DNA of 19,263 nt from Bacteriovoracaceae bacterium (GCA_041586955.1 JBFGZE010000070.1:1-19263); one strand, 5' to 3'; counted from the first letter of the stretch, positions 8,690 through 17,396 are shown. Notes: generated by a model not told the origin, from the letters alone. Numbers and translations are program-made.

Positions 8690-9604
8690 TCATTTCAGAA
8701 TATTATCCAAAGCATTCTCTAGATGCTCAAAGCTAAAGGCGAATCCAGCATCAATTATTTTTTGTGAGGACACTCGCTGACTTGAGGTCATAATTTGCGC
8801 TTTATCACCAAACGTAAGATCGAGCATAAATCGTGGTACTGTGAACCAGGTTGGCCTATTTAAAATAATTCCCAATTGCTTTACAAATTCTTTATTTCTT
8901 ATGGGATAAGGAGAAACTGCATTATAAACTCCATTTAGGTTATTATTAATGGCAAAAATAAATAAACGGGACAAATCCTTAATATGAATCCAGCTCATCC
9001 ATTGCTTGCCATCACCAAATGCTCCTCCCATCCCTAACTTAAAAGGCAAAAGCATTTTGGCCAAGATTCCACCTTCCTGTGCCAAGACCAGTCCAATTCG
9101 AATATGACATAGACTGGCCGTGATACTTGCATTACGTGATGCCTCCTCCCATTCATAACAAACAGTGGACAGAAAGCCATCTCCTCGCTGGTGGTTCTCA
9201 GTTAAGACTTCATCTCCCCTATCCCCGTAATAGCCAATAGCTGACGCAGAAACAAAAGAGCGAAGTTCTTTTGTTTTATAAAGTTCTAGGCCTTTAATTA
9301 GCTTAGTTGTCATAAGTGTTCGTGATTCAACTAGTCCCTTTTTTTTATCTTTATTCCATAACCCTTCGGCCACCGATTCTCCGGCCAAATGAATAATATG
9401 ATCCACCCCTTCAAAAGCATCCTTTGGAGGGAGTGTATAACAAGGGTCTTTCCATTCAAAAATATGGGCAGGAACATTTATTTTTTTATGAGCTGACTCT
9501 TTATTGCGTGTTAAAATAACAATATTATTACTCCCTAATCTATTTAGATCTCGAATTATCTGTCGACCAATTAGGCCAGTTCCACCTGTCATAAGAATTT
9601 TCAT
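8690..9604 (-). CDS. TIGR01777 family NAD(P)-dependent oxidoreductase/epimerase (YfcH/SDR39U1-like)
   Basis: TGGTGLIG Rossmann motif, HLAGE, SASAIGYYGD, GFL..VC.EWE, G.G.QWMSWIHI.D, SQRV. Confidence 0.93.
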   Translation of the reverse strand: MKILMTGGTGLIGRQIIRDLNRLGSNNIVILTRNKESAHKKINVPAHIFEWKDPCYTLPPKDAFEGVDHIIHLAGESVAEGLWNKDKKKGLVESRTLMTTKLIKGLELYKTKELRSFVSASAIGYYGDRGDEVLTENHQRGDGFLSTVCYEWEEASRNASITASLCHIRIGLVLAQEGGILAKMLLPFKLGMGGAFGDGKQWMSWIHIKDLSRLFIFAINNNLNGVYNAVSPYPIRNKEFVKQLGIILNRPTWFTVPRFMLDLTFGDKAQIMTSSQRVSSQKIIDAGFAFSFEHLENALDNILK

Positions 9605-10024
9605 ACCAATCTCCGTGTGCTAATCAATATTAGTAACAGCTAACCCTTCATTCATACCTCTGGTACATCCATAAAAACAGATTGTCCTCTTTGATAGAGC
9701 AAACAATTTATCCAAGCAAGTCCACACTTATCAATCGTAAAAATCACTTTATTTTGGTTATTCCCAACTATTTAACTTATCCATAATCTTTTGTTGGAAA
9801 TTGAGCGAGAGTATAGCAAAAATCAAGAACTCACTTTAAAGTTTTTATCATATTTTTACATAATCGTTTCACACGGATACCGATAATCAGGAGAATTTTT
9901 CTTTCCCGGAGGCCATAGAGGGAGCAATATCATATATACCAATGCAAATTTCCCCCCTAAATGCGCGCAAATTTGATAAGGTGACCAAGCATTAAAAACC
10001 AAATAGTAAGAAGAGGAGGTTTTA

Positions 10025-10501
10025 ATGAAAAACAAAAATGCTTGGACGGTGATTATCACAAGAACCATTTTAGGTGGTTGCTTTATCCTATTTGGATTTA
10101 ATGAAATTCACGGTCTATTAGGTACTCAAGAAATCAGCCCTGAAGGTGCCAAATTATTGGCCGCCTTTAAAGAAACCGGTTATTTGCTCTATACGATTAA
10201 AGGTATCGAATTATTTTTTGGAACCTGCCTCATCTTTGGCTTTTTTGTTCCTCTCGCTAACCTGCTCTTATTTCCAATCGTGATCAATATTTTTCTCTTT
10301 CATGCTTTTCTCGATGTACGAGGATTAGTTTTAGCGCTTGTAATGTTGGCCTGCTCTCTTACCATATTCTGGGAATATAGACGTCTATTTCTATTTCTCA
10401 TTAAATACAATATGAATATCAACCCAAATGCTTTTAACGATGAAGAAATCATACCCAAAAAGTCACTTGATCATAAAAGACCTCTGGCCAAAGGTCCTTA
10501 A
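10025..10501 (+). CDS. DoxX family membrane protein
   Basis: R.ILG..FILFG.N, TGYL...KGIEL..G..LI.G.FVPLA..LLFPIVINIFLFH; GAGGAGG SD. Confidence 0.85.
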   Translation: MKNKNAWTVIITRTILGGCFILFGFNEIHGLLGTQEISPEGAKLLAAFKETGYLLYTIKGIELFFGTCLIFGFFVPLANLLLFPIVINIFLFHAFLDVRGLVLALVMLACSLTIFWEYRRLFLFLIKYNMNINPNAFNDEEIIPKKSLDHKRPLAKGP

Positions 10502-10516
10502 AAATAATTATCGATG

Positions 10517-10556
10517 GGTGAATCCGAATTGTAAAAAAATTAATAACGGGTTCACC
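10517..10556. terminator. Hairpin between the convergent DoxX and MBL genes
   Basis: GGTGAATCCG / CGGGTTCACC (one U-G pair on +), 20-nt loop. Confidence 0.4.
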
Positions 10557-10615
10557 TTCCTCTAGGCCTTGGAATATAGATAAATAAATAGATAATCTAA
10601 TCCTCAACCAAGGGT

Positions 10616-11263
10616 CTACCTCGTCTCTCCTCTCCTTAGACGAGAAATAATCGCCCCAATAATATTCTCCCATTCTCCAGGAACCAATTCCCAAGTGGCA
10701 ATTTGATTGAAAAAACCTCCTGGAACAATTGTATCGACCTCTATATCTCGTAATTTTTCTAAACTTTGAATCGCTTGTTTGACGTTCTCTTTTTGTAAGA
10801 ATACTGAAAAGTGATCCGTTTCATTAAGAAAGAGATTTTCACCAGTAAATAATATTTTTCTTTTTTCTGTTGTCCATAAAAAACATGAACTTCCTGGTGT
10901 ATGGCCTGGCGTAAAAATTATATCAAAGTCTTGAAAAATTCTTTCATCACCGTTAAAGGTGCCATCAACATGACACCGTTTCTGTATTGCTTCCTTTTCG
11001 GCTTGAGGACAAAATAAAGGGGCATCAAAAAACTCTCGTACGTCATCACAAGATTTGAATGCCTCATCTTGATGACAAATAAATTGTTTTTTAACGCCCC
11101 CATGATCGTGGATAAAATCAAAATGTTTTTTTATTTGGCGAGAATTATATATTAAATAATTACCCTGCTGACGCAATAAAAGGTAGGCACATGTTTTATA
11201 CCTATTCCAGGCAAAGGGCCGGTCAAAATCTGTTTGATACAAATCATCATAAATCTTATTCAT
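10616..11263 (-). CDS. MBL-fold metallo-hydrolase-like protein with non-canonical metal motifs
   Basis: AYLLLRQQGNYLIY, CHQDEA, TPGHTPGS.CF, LFTGE, SLEKL..IVPG. Confidence 0.82.
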   Translation of the reverse strand: MNKIYDDLYQTDFDRPFAWNRYKTCAYLLLRQQGNYLIYNSRQIKKHFDFIHDHGGVKKQFICHQDEAFKSCDDVREFFDAPLFCPQAEKEAIQKRCHVDGTFNGDERIFQDFDIIFTPGHTPGSSCFLWTTEKRKILFTGENLFLNETDHFSVFLQKENVKQAIQSLEKLRDIEVDTIVPGGFFNQIATWELVPGEWENIIGAIISRLRRGETR

Positions 11264-11385
11264 GGCGATCCCTCACAACCACATTACCACTTTCGAAGGA
11301 TGATACCACAAATGAGGAAATTAAAGACTAAAATTTTTTGTAAAACGATTACTTAAATTAGACAGAGTAAAACAGACTAGGAACG

Positions 11386-11422
11386 AAAAAAAACCTGAAC
11401 CATTCAAAGAATGATTCAGGTT
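11386..11422 (-). terminator. Rho-independent terminator of the 11435-11965 gene
   Basis: Minus strand reads AACCTGAATCATTC-TTT-GAATGGTTCAGGTT followed by a T-run, 12 nt after the stop. Confidence 0.85.
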
Positions 11423-11434
11423 GCAATTTATGAT

Positions 11435-11965
11435 TTACAGAAGCACTAATCTGCGACGAAGAACACAACGGCTTCCCCGTTGCCCTATAAAACGGCGCGA
11501 ACGACGACATTGACGTAATGCTTTACGACATGCCCTTCTAAGGGCCATACGTCTTGTCAGGCCAACACCTCGAGCTCTAAAAGTGGAGATTCTAAACCCA
11601 TTACGACTGATTAAATGGGCCCGACATCGTCTAACATATCTTCGTCCAAAGATGGTCCGTCCACCTCTATGACGATGCCGACGAAAACGTGGGTGTTTGT
11701 CAGCATCGACTTGTTCTTGAATAATAGGAGTCGATTGCATTTGCTCATCTACAATTGGTTCCTCACAGGTTCCATTAAGAACCCCTTCTAAAGGTAAGCA
11801 TTTATTCATCGCGTTCTCACAAGCAAGATTCTGATCCTCTCCTTCACCTTCGTAAAAAGTAATAATTTTATTATCAGAGTCAACCATATTCACATCACAG
11901 GAAGCAGCATAAGAAAATTGAATACCAAAAAGGAAAAATAAGGCCGTAAGTAGGAACGATTTCAT
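11435..11965 (-). CDS. Secreted 176-aa protein with two tandem 4-Cys domains (acidic, then Arg-rich)
   Basis: AAGGAG SD before ATG 11965; signal peptide MKSFLLTALFFLFGIQFSYA; own promoter and terminator. The track's 51-aa N-terminal extension is probably not translated. Confidence 0.8.
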   Translation of the reverse strand: MKSFLLTALFFLFGIQFSYAASCDVNMVDSDNKIITFYEGEGEDQNLACENAMNKCLPLEGVLNGTCEEPIVDEQMQSTPIIQEQVDADKHPRFRRHRHRGGRTIFGRRYVRRCRAHLISRNGFRISTFRARGVGLTRRMALRRACRKALRQCRRSRRFIGQRGSRCVLRRRLVLL

Positions 11966-12010
11966 AAATTCTCCTTGGTTTAGAGTATTAACAATAAGAG
12001 TGCATACAAC

Positions 12011-12026
12011 TGCAATTAATAGGCCA
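12011..12026 (-). promoter_or_regulatory. Sigma54 (RpoN) -24/-12 promoter
   Basis: Minus strand TGGCCT-ATTAA-TTGCA versus consensus TGGCAC-N5-TTGCW; exact GG-N10-GC spacing; predicted +1 near 12000, about 35 nt before the ATG. Confidence 0.65.
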
Positions 12027-12302
12027 CGAAGGTATGCAAATTTATCAAGACTTAACGCAATTCTTAATGGTGTCATTAAAGTTTTAGTGTCAAAAAAGGA
12101 CCTATTTTTTTGACTCATTGATTATCCATAAAACAAAAATCTGATTTATAGGTGACAAGTTCGAAAAAGAGATTTTAATAGAAAAAATTAAACAACATGA
12201 AATCCTCCACCTATCATTAACTTTCCAAGTGTATGTTGTTTAAAAATGTCTAAAACAAAAAATAGCTATAGTCGCTCACACATAATAATAAAGATCATAA
12301 AT

Positions 12303-13577
12303 CTAATCAATTGCTTCGGTCATTACAATCTCTAAGATGGTTGAACGCCCGCCCTCTACAGGAACCTCGAGGGACCGTGTTTCAAGCCCTTTTGCTTTGA
12401 TTAAATACTTAATGTTAATGGGATGCTGAGAATCCGTTTTACCAGTAAAGCTCACTCTTTTTAAAAATTTATCGTTAGTGATGAGTTTTTTATTCGCTCT
12501 TAATTTTTTATTTTTTCTTAACGAATGCGGCCGAAAATTATTTAAAAAAACAATTTCAATATCATCATCTGCTAAATCTAAATGATCAGGGGTCTTTATA
12601 TAATTTGTCACGCGATAAATATGACGATCAACATCATTTGCAAAGATATCAATATCATTTCCTTGTAGATGATTTAATATGGGAGCTACCGCGGGATGTC
12701 CACAGTTCAGGTCGTCAAGACATTCTTTTGGTATTAAGGATATACCTGGATAAATAGATCTAAAATGTGATCCCTTAATCAGCTTGTAGGGCGTTCTCTT
12801 GCTTAAACTAAATTCTGTTGCAGCAACAATGGATTTAGAATCACTGCTTTTTGTCTCTTCAAGATAATAAAAATGGTCTGGGTTTGAACTATAAGCGGGA
12901 ACGACATTATCATCCTCACCTAAAAAGGTGCTAAATTTAAAGCTGCGCCCACCAATGGCCAATGTTCTCATTTGTGGGACTAAAGAAAGTACTTTATTGT
13001 AATTTTTAGCTGTATCTAAAATAGTGTCAGATCCAAATGTCATTTCGTTCAATTGTAAACGCCCAAATGGAGAGGCCGGGTTTTTATATTTTAAGAAAGG
13101 TAAATTTGGATAGAGGATGGATTTTCCCATTCCCGCTAACCACGCGCCCCAATATGGTGTTCCGATGGTAATAAAGCTACTCATTTTTTGTGATAATTTA
13201 TAACTAATTGACTGTTTATTTTGGCGAAGTGCATCTTTTAACCATATAAACCCAATTATTCCACCTTGAGAATGACTGATAATAGAAATCCTATCCTTTG
13301 ATCGTAGTCCTTTTTCTTTAAAAAATTTTTTCAAGTAATTATCAAAAAGAAAGGCAAACTCGTTCGTTGATAAAAAATCGTTATCCGTATCATATTCAAA
13401 TGAATGGGATTCAAAACAGTGTCCGAGGTGCTTTTTAATAACATCACCAAGATAACCAAAATTACCTTTATGGCCAGCAACCCCATGAATATTAAAAACA
13501 AAATGACGCCTAGTCTGACAATTCCCCAGGATATTAGAGGTTAAAAAGAACAAAGATAACATTAAAAACTGCTTCAT
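12303..13577 (-). CDS. Secreted alpha/beta hydrolase (lipase/esterase, PGAP1-like) with C-terminal beta-rich domain
   Basis: Signal-like N-terminus, IHGVAG oxyanion region, SHSQGG nucleophile elbow, ITIGTPYWG, EDDNVVP acid, GSH candidate His. Confidence 0.85.
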   Translation of the reverse strand: MKQFLMLSLFFLTSNILGNCQTRRHFVFNIHGVAGHKGNFGYLGDVIKKHLGHCFESHSFEYDTDNDFLSTNEFAFLFDNYLKKFFKEKGLRSKDRISIISHSQGGIIGFIWLKDALRQNKQSISYKLSQKMSSFITIGTPYWGAWLAGMGKSILYPNLPFLKYKNPASPFGRLQLNEMTFGSDTILDTAKNYNKVLSLVPQMRTLAIGGRSFKFSTFLGEDDNVVPAYSSNPDHFYYLEETKSSDSKSIVAATEFSLSKRTPYKLIKGSHFRSIYPGISLIPKECLDDLNCGHPAVAPILNHLQGNDIDIFANDVDRHIYRVTNYIKTPDHLDLADDDIEIVFLNNFRPHSLRKNKKLRANKKLITNDKFLKRVSFTGKTDSQHPINIKYLIKAKGLETRSLEVPVEGGRSTILEIVMTEAID

Positions 13578-13746
13578 AAACCCTCTCTAAATTTATTCTC
13601 TCTCATCTATTGTCCATTATTTTATCACTTTGACCACAAATTAAAGAGATATTATAAGGGCTCAATATTCAAGTAGTTCTCCTTCATATAAAGAATTGAA
13701 GTCATTTGGTACAGGATACTTACAATTGTAATTATGACATCTCCTC

Positions 13747-13792
13747 CAATAAAGTGAGAAACTTTCACATCGATTTGGCACTCACTTTATTG
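13747..13792. repeat. Perfect 12-bp inverted repeat downstream of the GST gene
   Basis: CAATAAAGTGAG (13747-13758) / CTCACTTTATTG (13781-13792), 22-nt spacer. Confidence 0.6.
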
Positions 13793-13845
13793 ATAATAAT
13801 ATGGCCACTGTATTCAATACTACTAAGTTCCACTATTTAATCTCT

Positions 13846-14538
13846 TCAGTTATTTCTTAGCTCCTCGTGCGCTTTTAAATTATCAAATGAACAAACTTTT
13901 AAACCCACTTTTGTTTTTGGCCGGGCCGAACAACGTTCTACCCATTTCATGGTATTTTTATAATTAGTTAAATCCAAAAAATCACTGGCCTCATAGGTCC
14001 AATCGAGACACCCCACCCAAGGAAAAGTCGCCATATCGACAATTGAATATTCTTCAGCAACCAAAAATTTCCGATTTTCCAACCGCTTCTCTAGAACACT
14101 TAACAGCCGCTTCGTTTCCGCTGTATATCGTTCAATTGGGTAAGGATGGTCACATTTATCCTTAGCATAGCGATAGAAATGCCCAAATTGACCGAACATA
14201 GGGCCAATCCCTCCGACCTCAAAACATAGCCATTGGATTGTTTCACTTCGCAAGAAAGGATTTTGATTTAAAAAAAGTCCTGTTTTTTCGGCCAAATATA
14301 AAAGGATAGCTCCAGACTCCATAACTGGATGAGGCCTGCCACCTGGCCCATTGGGATCAATAATAGCAGGTATTTTTGAATTAGGATTAATTTTAATAAA
14401 GTCATCTGAAAACTGCTGGCCATCTAAAATATTAATAACATGTGGTTCATAGTCCAATTCCATTTCCTCAAGAGCAACTGAAACTTTTTGGCCATTAGGT
14501 GTCGCGAGTGAATATAATTGTATTTGTGAATCACCCAT
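13846..14538 (-). CDS. Nu-class glutathione S-transferase / GSH-dependent disulfide oxidoreductase (YfcG/YghU-like)
   Basis: QLYSLATPNGQKV, INPNSKIPAIID, ESGAILLYLAEK, GPMFGQFGHF, YSIVDMATFPWV; GAGGAGG SD before ATG 14538 (230 aa). Confidence 0.93.
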   Translation of the reverse strand: MGDSQIQLYSLATPNGQKVSVALEEMELDYEPHVINILDGQQFSDDFIKINPNSKIPAIIDPNGPGGRPHPVMESGAILLYLAEKTGLFLNQNPFLRSETIQWLCFEVGGIGPMFGQFGHFYRYAKDKCDHPYPIERYTAETKRLLSVLEKRLENRKFLVAEEYSIVDMATFPWVGCLDWTYEASDFLDLTNYKNTMKWVERCSARPKTKVGLKVCSFDNLKAHEELRNN

Positions 14539-14611
14539 TAATACCTCCTCGTTAATTAAATTTCCATTCTTATAACATATATTCACAATCGATATTACCT
14601 TTACTTTAAAA

Positions 14612-15298
14612 ATGACTTTGTATGGCCTTATGCGGGGGTTTATTTTAGTTTTTTTATTCTTACTCTTTTCAGGAGTATTTCATAAGATGCAATCAAGAAA
14701 TATTCCTTGTGACTAAGAAAAGGTCTAAAAGTCGAAAAAGAATCATAATCAAATCATCTTCAACATCCAGAACCCCAAATGTATTAATACGCGCAATCAA
14801 TTTTTCTAATTTTTGTTTCATCTAAATCTTGTATAAGATGAAATTGTTAAAGGTAGTTTTCAAGAAATCAATAATGAATAATATTACATTTTTAATGAAT
14901 TTTAATACGATAGCGAATCGTCAAACACCTCCAGGTTAAACCGAGCAAGGAGACTCAATAAAACAAAATCGTTTTCAAGGTCTTATGTCCAAATACATAA
15001 TCCTGTTTTTGAAAGAGAAACAGCTATTTAAATTGCCCATGAGGTATTTTTGGTTATTTATCACTGTTGCAAAATAACCACGACAAAAGGAGGACACCTA
15101 AGCAATGGAGCGCGTAAGCAAGAACATATTGCAACCCAAGCCCCCCAACGAACAATTGCTCCAATTCAAATGATGAATACTCACGGCACCCATACCTTTA
15201 AAATATAATTGAATTTATTTAATCTCAAATACCCCTCTGATAAGATTAAGCTCTTCTTAGGACTTTTCGGTAGATGTGATTTAATAAAATTTAAATAA
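14612..15298 (+). pseudogene. Possible heavily decayed gene for a secreted protein
   Basis: Frame from ATG 14612 starts with a signal-like MRGFILVFLFLLFSGVF, contains IAHEVFLVIYH, and is broken by many TAA codons; it fills an otherwise empty 800-bp gap. Confidence 0.35.
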
Positions 15299-15339
15299 TT
15301 TCCAAGAACCGATTAAACAGCAATAGAATTGACATGTGT

Positions 15340-15795
15340 TTAACCTGGCGGCAAACGTTGAAGAATATCTTGTCTTAAAAATCGTGTCGTTTCAACCGAG
15401 TTATAATGATCAAGGTCTTTACATAATTGGAAACACACGAGTCCCAATAAACTTTTATCTAAATTCTTTTTTAAAATTCCCATAAAGCAAGGTTCCGCAA
15501 CTAACACTAATTTCGAAAATTTATTTTTTGATTTCTTGATGAACTCTTTCACCTCCTTAGCATATAATTGCAAAGAATAATCATTATGGGGATTATCACG
15601 AGTAAATTGTTTACCACTGACAGGACGAGTTTTAACACCAGTCTCTGGAGGATTATTCAAAAAGTCTATATCTTCTTTGACCTCTTCATTATTCGGGATG
15701 CTTTTAACAAGATCCCAGGTCTTACGACCTTTATACACATTATAAATTCTTGTTTTAGACTTTGAACCGACAATTACCCAGTGATTTAATTTCAT
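15340..15795 (-). CDS. Host attachment protein family (AtsE-like, release-factor-related fold)
   Basis: WVIVGSKSKTRIY...YAKEVKEFI..FSKLVLVAEPCFMGILKKNL..KDL fits the family pattern WILVAD..ARIF / FA..LA..L / L.LVA.P.FLG.LR..L / KDL; GAGG SD. Confidence 0.8.
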   Translation of the reverse strand: MKLNHWVIVGSKSKTRIYNVYKGRKTWDLVKSIPNNEEVKEDIDFLNNPPETGVKTRPVSGKQFTRDNPHNDYSLQLYAKEVKEFIKKSKNKFSKLVLVAEPCFMGILKKNLDKSLLGLVCFQLCKDLDHYNSVETTRFLRQDILQRLPPG

Positions 15796-16082
15796 AATTT
15801 AAACCTCTTGTTAGTTTCGTTGAATTTCAAAATTATTTTTTGATTTGCTGAAGAAAATGGATATCTTTGGTAAAACTTAAAATCGCTCAAATTTGCATAC
15901 CTTAGTTAAGGTTATTCAGGGTCAATTTTCTCTCATTTTTAAATACCAAATAAGTCCAGGAATTCTGGTCATTCTATTTTGTGACTTAAAGAACATAAGT
16001 CCAAAATCTAGAATTTTATAACATAATTTTTAATTACGGGGCAACGCAGTACTTCTTTAGAAAGGTTATTGCGCAGGGGATT

Positions 16083-17396
16083 TTATAAATTATTAGCACA
16101 GGACGCAAAATGAAGACAATGACCTTTAATATTATCTAAAAGCCCTTTGATAAATGCTTTTTCATCCTTATTAAGTGGCATCTCAGTCGGAATCTCCTCC
16201 TCTAGGACACTTAATTTAGATATTATGTCTTTAGTTATAGTCATTAATTGATTTTTTAATACACGAATGGGAATCCCACAGTCACGACATAATAGAATAA
16301 GATGGTCTGCCTTAATATTTGCCGCTATAAACTCGTTTCCAATTGAAAGGGCCAGTTCATGATCGTGATAAGGGTAGACCTCAAAATTCACAAGACTATA
16401 TAGAGGGGCCAAGTCGACGCCTTTTTTAGTTATTAAATAAGAGATCTTTTTTCCGTGTCCTTCGTAATTAGAAATACAAAGGTTATAAAGCACCCAAATG
16501 AGCGTCTTTAATTTTGCCTGAGTGGGAACTCGGCATTGCTCTGTAAATTTGAACAATTCTGCTAATTTTAATCCTAAGCGTACATGATTAACCTCATGCC
16601 AAGAGCCAAGGTTTTTTTCTTTTTTATATTGAGGCCTAATATTAAGCGCCTGACAGCCATCAATAGCATGCTTTCGAATGATTTCACCGTCATCGCCTTT
16701 TATTCGATCAAATCGAGTCAAAAGAAGAACGGGCCGTTGACCGATTTGCATCAAGTCAACAGGAGCGACATCAAGGCCAATCATTTTTCCTAAACGCATG
16801 CAAAGAAATTCGTTGAGGGCCAAATGAGGCCTATGCTCATCATCCGGCTGAAATTTTAGAATATGGGTACTAATATTCTCGCTATCAGGAAATCGAAAAT
16901 CGCCGTCCTCTTGCAGAATAATGGGTATCTTTACCTGACTTCCGGAAAGTCCGCTGACCCAATCATTTTTCCAAAATATGGAATGAACTCCCATTTCTTT
17001 TTCGATTGGGGCGTTTAACTCATCTAATGCAAATACGATAGGTTTTGGAGGTCGTCCTTTTGCATTCGGGGCCCTAAAACTAACCCCACCGAATATATCA
17101 CGTCCTAAAATTTTGAGAACCTCAAATAGATCAAATTGCTTCAAACGAAATTTACCCAATAATAATTGTCTCATTTCGCCTTCCGGCAATAAGTTTTCCA
17201 AAAAGGTTTTTACTGAGAAGGAATCAGTATGTTCTGTTAAAGGAATATGAGGTGATAGGGGAAAACCATTCTTTAACCACTCTGGCGCATAATTAATACT
17301 GACCAGTTTAGTTTTCGGGTCAAACCTAAACTGTCCAACATATTGATTACCATGCTCAATTTCCAAAATATGAGATTTCTTATAATTCTCACTCAT
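16083..17396 (-). CDS. hipA: HipA-family kinase-like protein (N-terminal Couple_hipA region + HipA_C), predicted catalytically inactive
   Basis: Y...W...GFPLSPHIPL, FLENLLPEG..R, GRDIFGGVSF, LSGSQVKIP, STHILK, NEFLCM, RFDR, DGCQAL, NYEGHGKKIS, LAPLYS. Confidence 0.88.
   Translation of the reverse strand: MSENYKKSHILEIEHGNQYVGQFRFDPKTKLVSINYAPEWLKNGFPLSPHIPLTEHTDSFSVKTFLENLLPEGEMRQLLLGKFRLKQFDLFEVLKILGRDIFGGVSFRAPNAKGRPPKPIVFALDELNAPIEKEMGVHSIFWKNDWVSGLSGSQVKIPIILQEDGDFRFPDSENISTHILKFQPDDEHRPHLALNEFLCMRLGKMIGLDVAPVDLMQIGQRPVLLLTRFDRIKGDDGEIIRKHAIDGCQALNIRPQYKKEKNLGSWHEVNHVRLGLKLAELFKFTEQCRVPTQAKLKTLIWVLYNLCISNYEGHGKKISYLITKKGVDLAPLYSLVNFEVYPYHDHELALSIGNEFIAANIKADHLILLCRDCGIPIRVLKNQLMTITKDIISKLSVLEEEIPTEMPLNKDEKAFIKGLLDNIKGHCLHFASCANNL

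Noticed and set aside
13753..13769. CRP/FNR-like site AGTGA...TCACA
   Set aside because: The spacer is 7 nt rather than 6, and the left arm belongs to the larger 12-bp inverted repeat.
14612..15343. TAA stop-codon reassignment as the explanation for the ghost frame
   Set aside because: Well-supported genes in the window end in TAA (for example the histone at 1368-1370 and stomatin at 8672-8674), so the standard code applies.
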